Shown here piece after piece: positions 63,677 through 64,000 of a stretch of DNA of 64,000 nucleotides. The stretch is taken from positions 5,858 to 69,857 of IMG/VR virus record IMGVR_UViG_3300045526_000331; one strand, given 5' to 3'. The translations under genes were made by a program, and so were the position numbers. Source of the stretch: a virus. Its lineage: Duplodnaviria; Caudoviricetes. The notes beneath the pieces are model-generated. The model ran no database searches. It saw nothing but the letters and a program-made list of their open reading frames with translations, and was not told where the DNA came from. The first letter of the stretch is position 1. Each line of letters starts with the position of its first letter.

Positions 63677-63999
63677 GGGCCGCCCTTTCCACCGACTTCA
63701 TCGAAGGCCACATCTTCTGCTTCGACACCACCCTCTACCACATCTGTAAGCTAGAAGATCTCCACCCGCCCACCTTCGTCCCCAAAGGGGGCGGCGGCAC
63801 CTCCTTCCACCCCATCTTCAAGAAGGCGTCGTCCGACTCCTTTTCGCCCACCCTGCACATCATCCTCACCGATGGCTGGGCCAACCTGGACACTCTCCCT
63901 GCGCCCGGACCCTCCTCCTCCATCCTCTGGGTCATCAGCCCGGGGGGCGTAGACAGCAACCTCTTGCCACACGGCGAAGTTGCCCGTATCAGAGCATGA
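63667..63999 (+). pseudogene. 5'-truncated VWA-like (DUF2201 C-terminal type) gene remnant, absent from the ORF track
   Basis: QKIRAAL...IFCFDT...KGGGGTSFHPIF...HIILTDGW...ILWVISPGG...PHGEVARIRA*; preceded in frame by ATG TAA; no DxSxS strand. Confidence 0.65.
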
Positions 64000-64000
64000 T

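Noticed and set aside
1-64000. Stop-codon reassignment
   Set aside because: Core genes are full length under the standard bacterial code, all three stops are used, and there is no suppressor tRNA.

Overview
64-kb segment of a large dsDNA tailed phage, most likely a cyanobacterial myovirus. The host is inferred from a cyanobacterial-type ClpS, a bilin reductase, a SigF-like sigma factor and small ORFs typical of cyanophages. It carries terminase, a Mu-like head module (DUF935-type portal, protease/scaffold, cement, major capsid, gp36-like adaptor), contractile tail genes, a mitochondrial Pol-gamma-like DNA polymerase, a type II topoisomerase A subunit, an ATP-dependent ligase, 3 tRNAs and auxiliary genes (phoH, clpS, dps, speD, rlpA, bilin reductase). 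The main signal beyond the ORF track is a two-tier promoter code. A 9-mer, GTTGAAAGC(N4-TAG), occurs at least 17 times, co-oriented just upstream of genes that are mostly virion genes. An extended -10 motif, (CC)GTGCTAnnnT, precedes replication and metabolic genes. Other signals: several compact multi-stem candidate RNAs, a 32-bp-period repeat array in a long non-coding switch region, a Dam-fold protein lacking its catalytic motifs, a circularly permuted M23 peptidase and a tandem array of small divergent paralogs. All calls come from reading the sequence by eye; no database searches or folding software were run.
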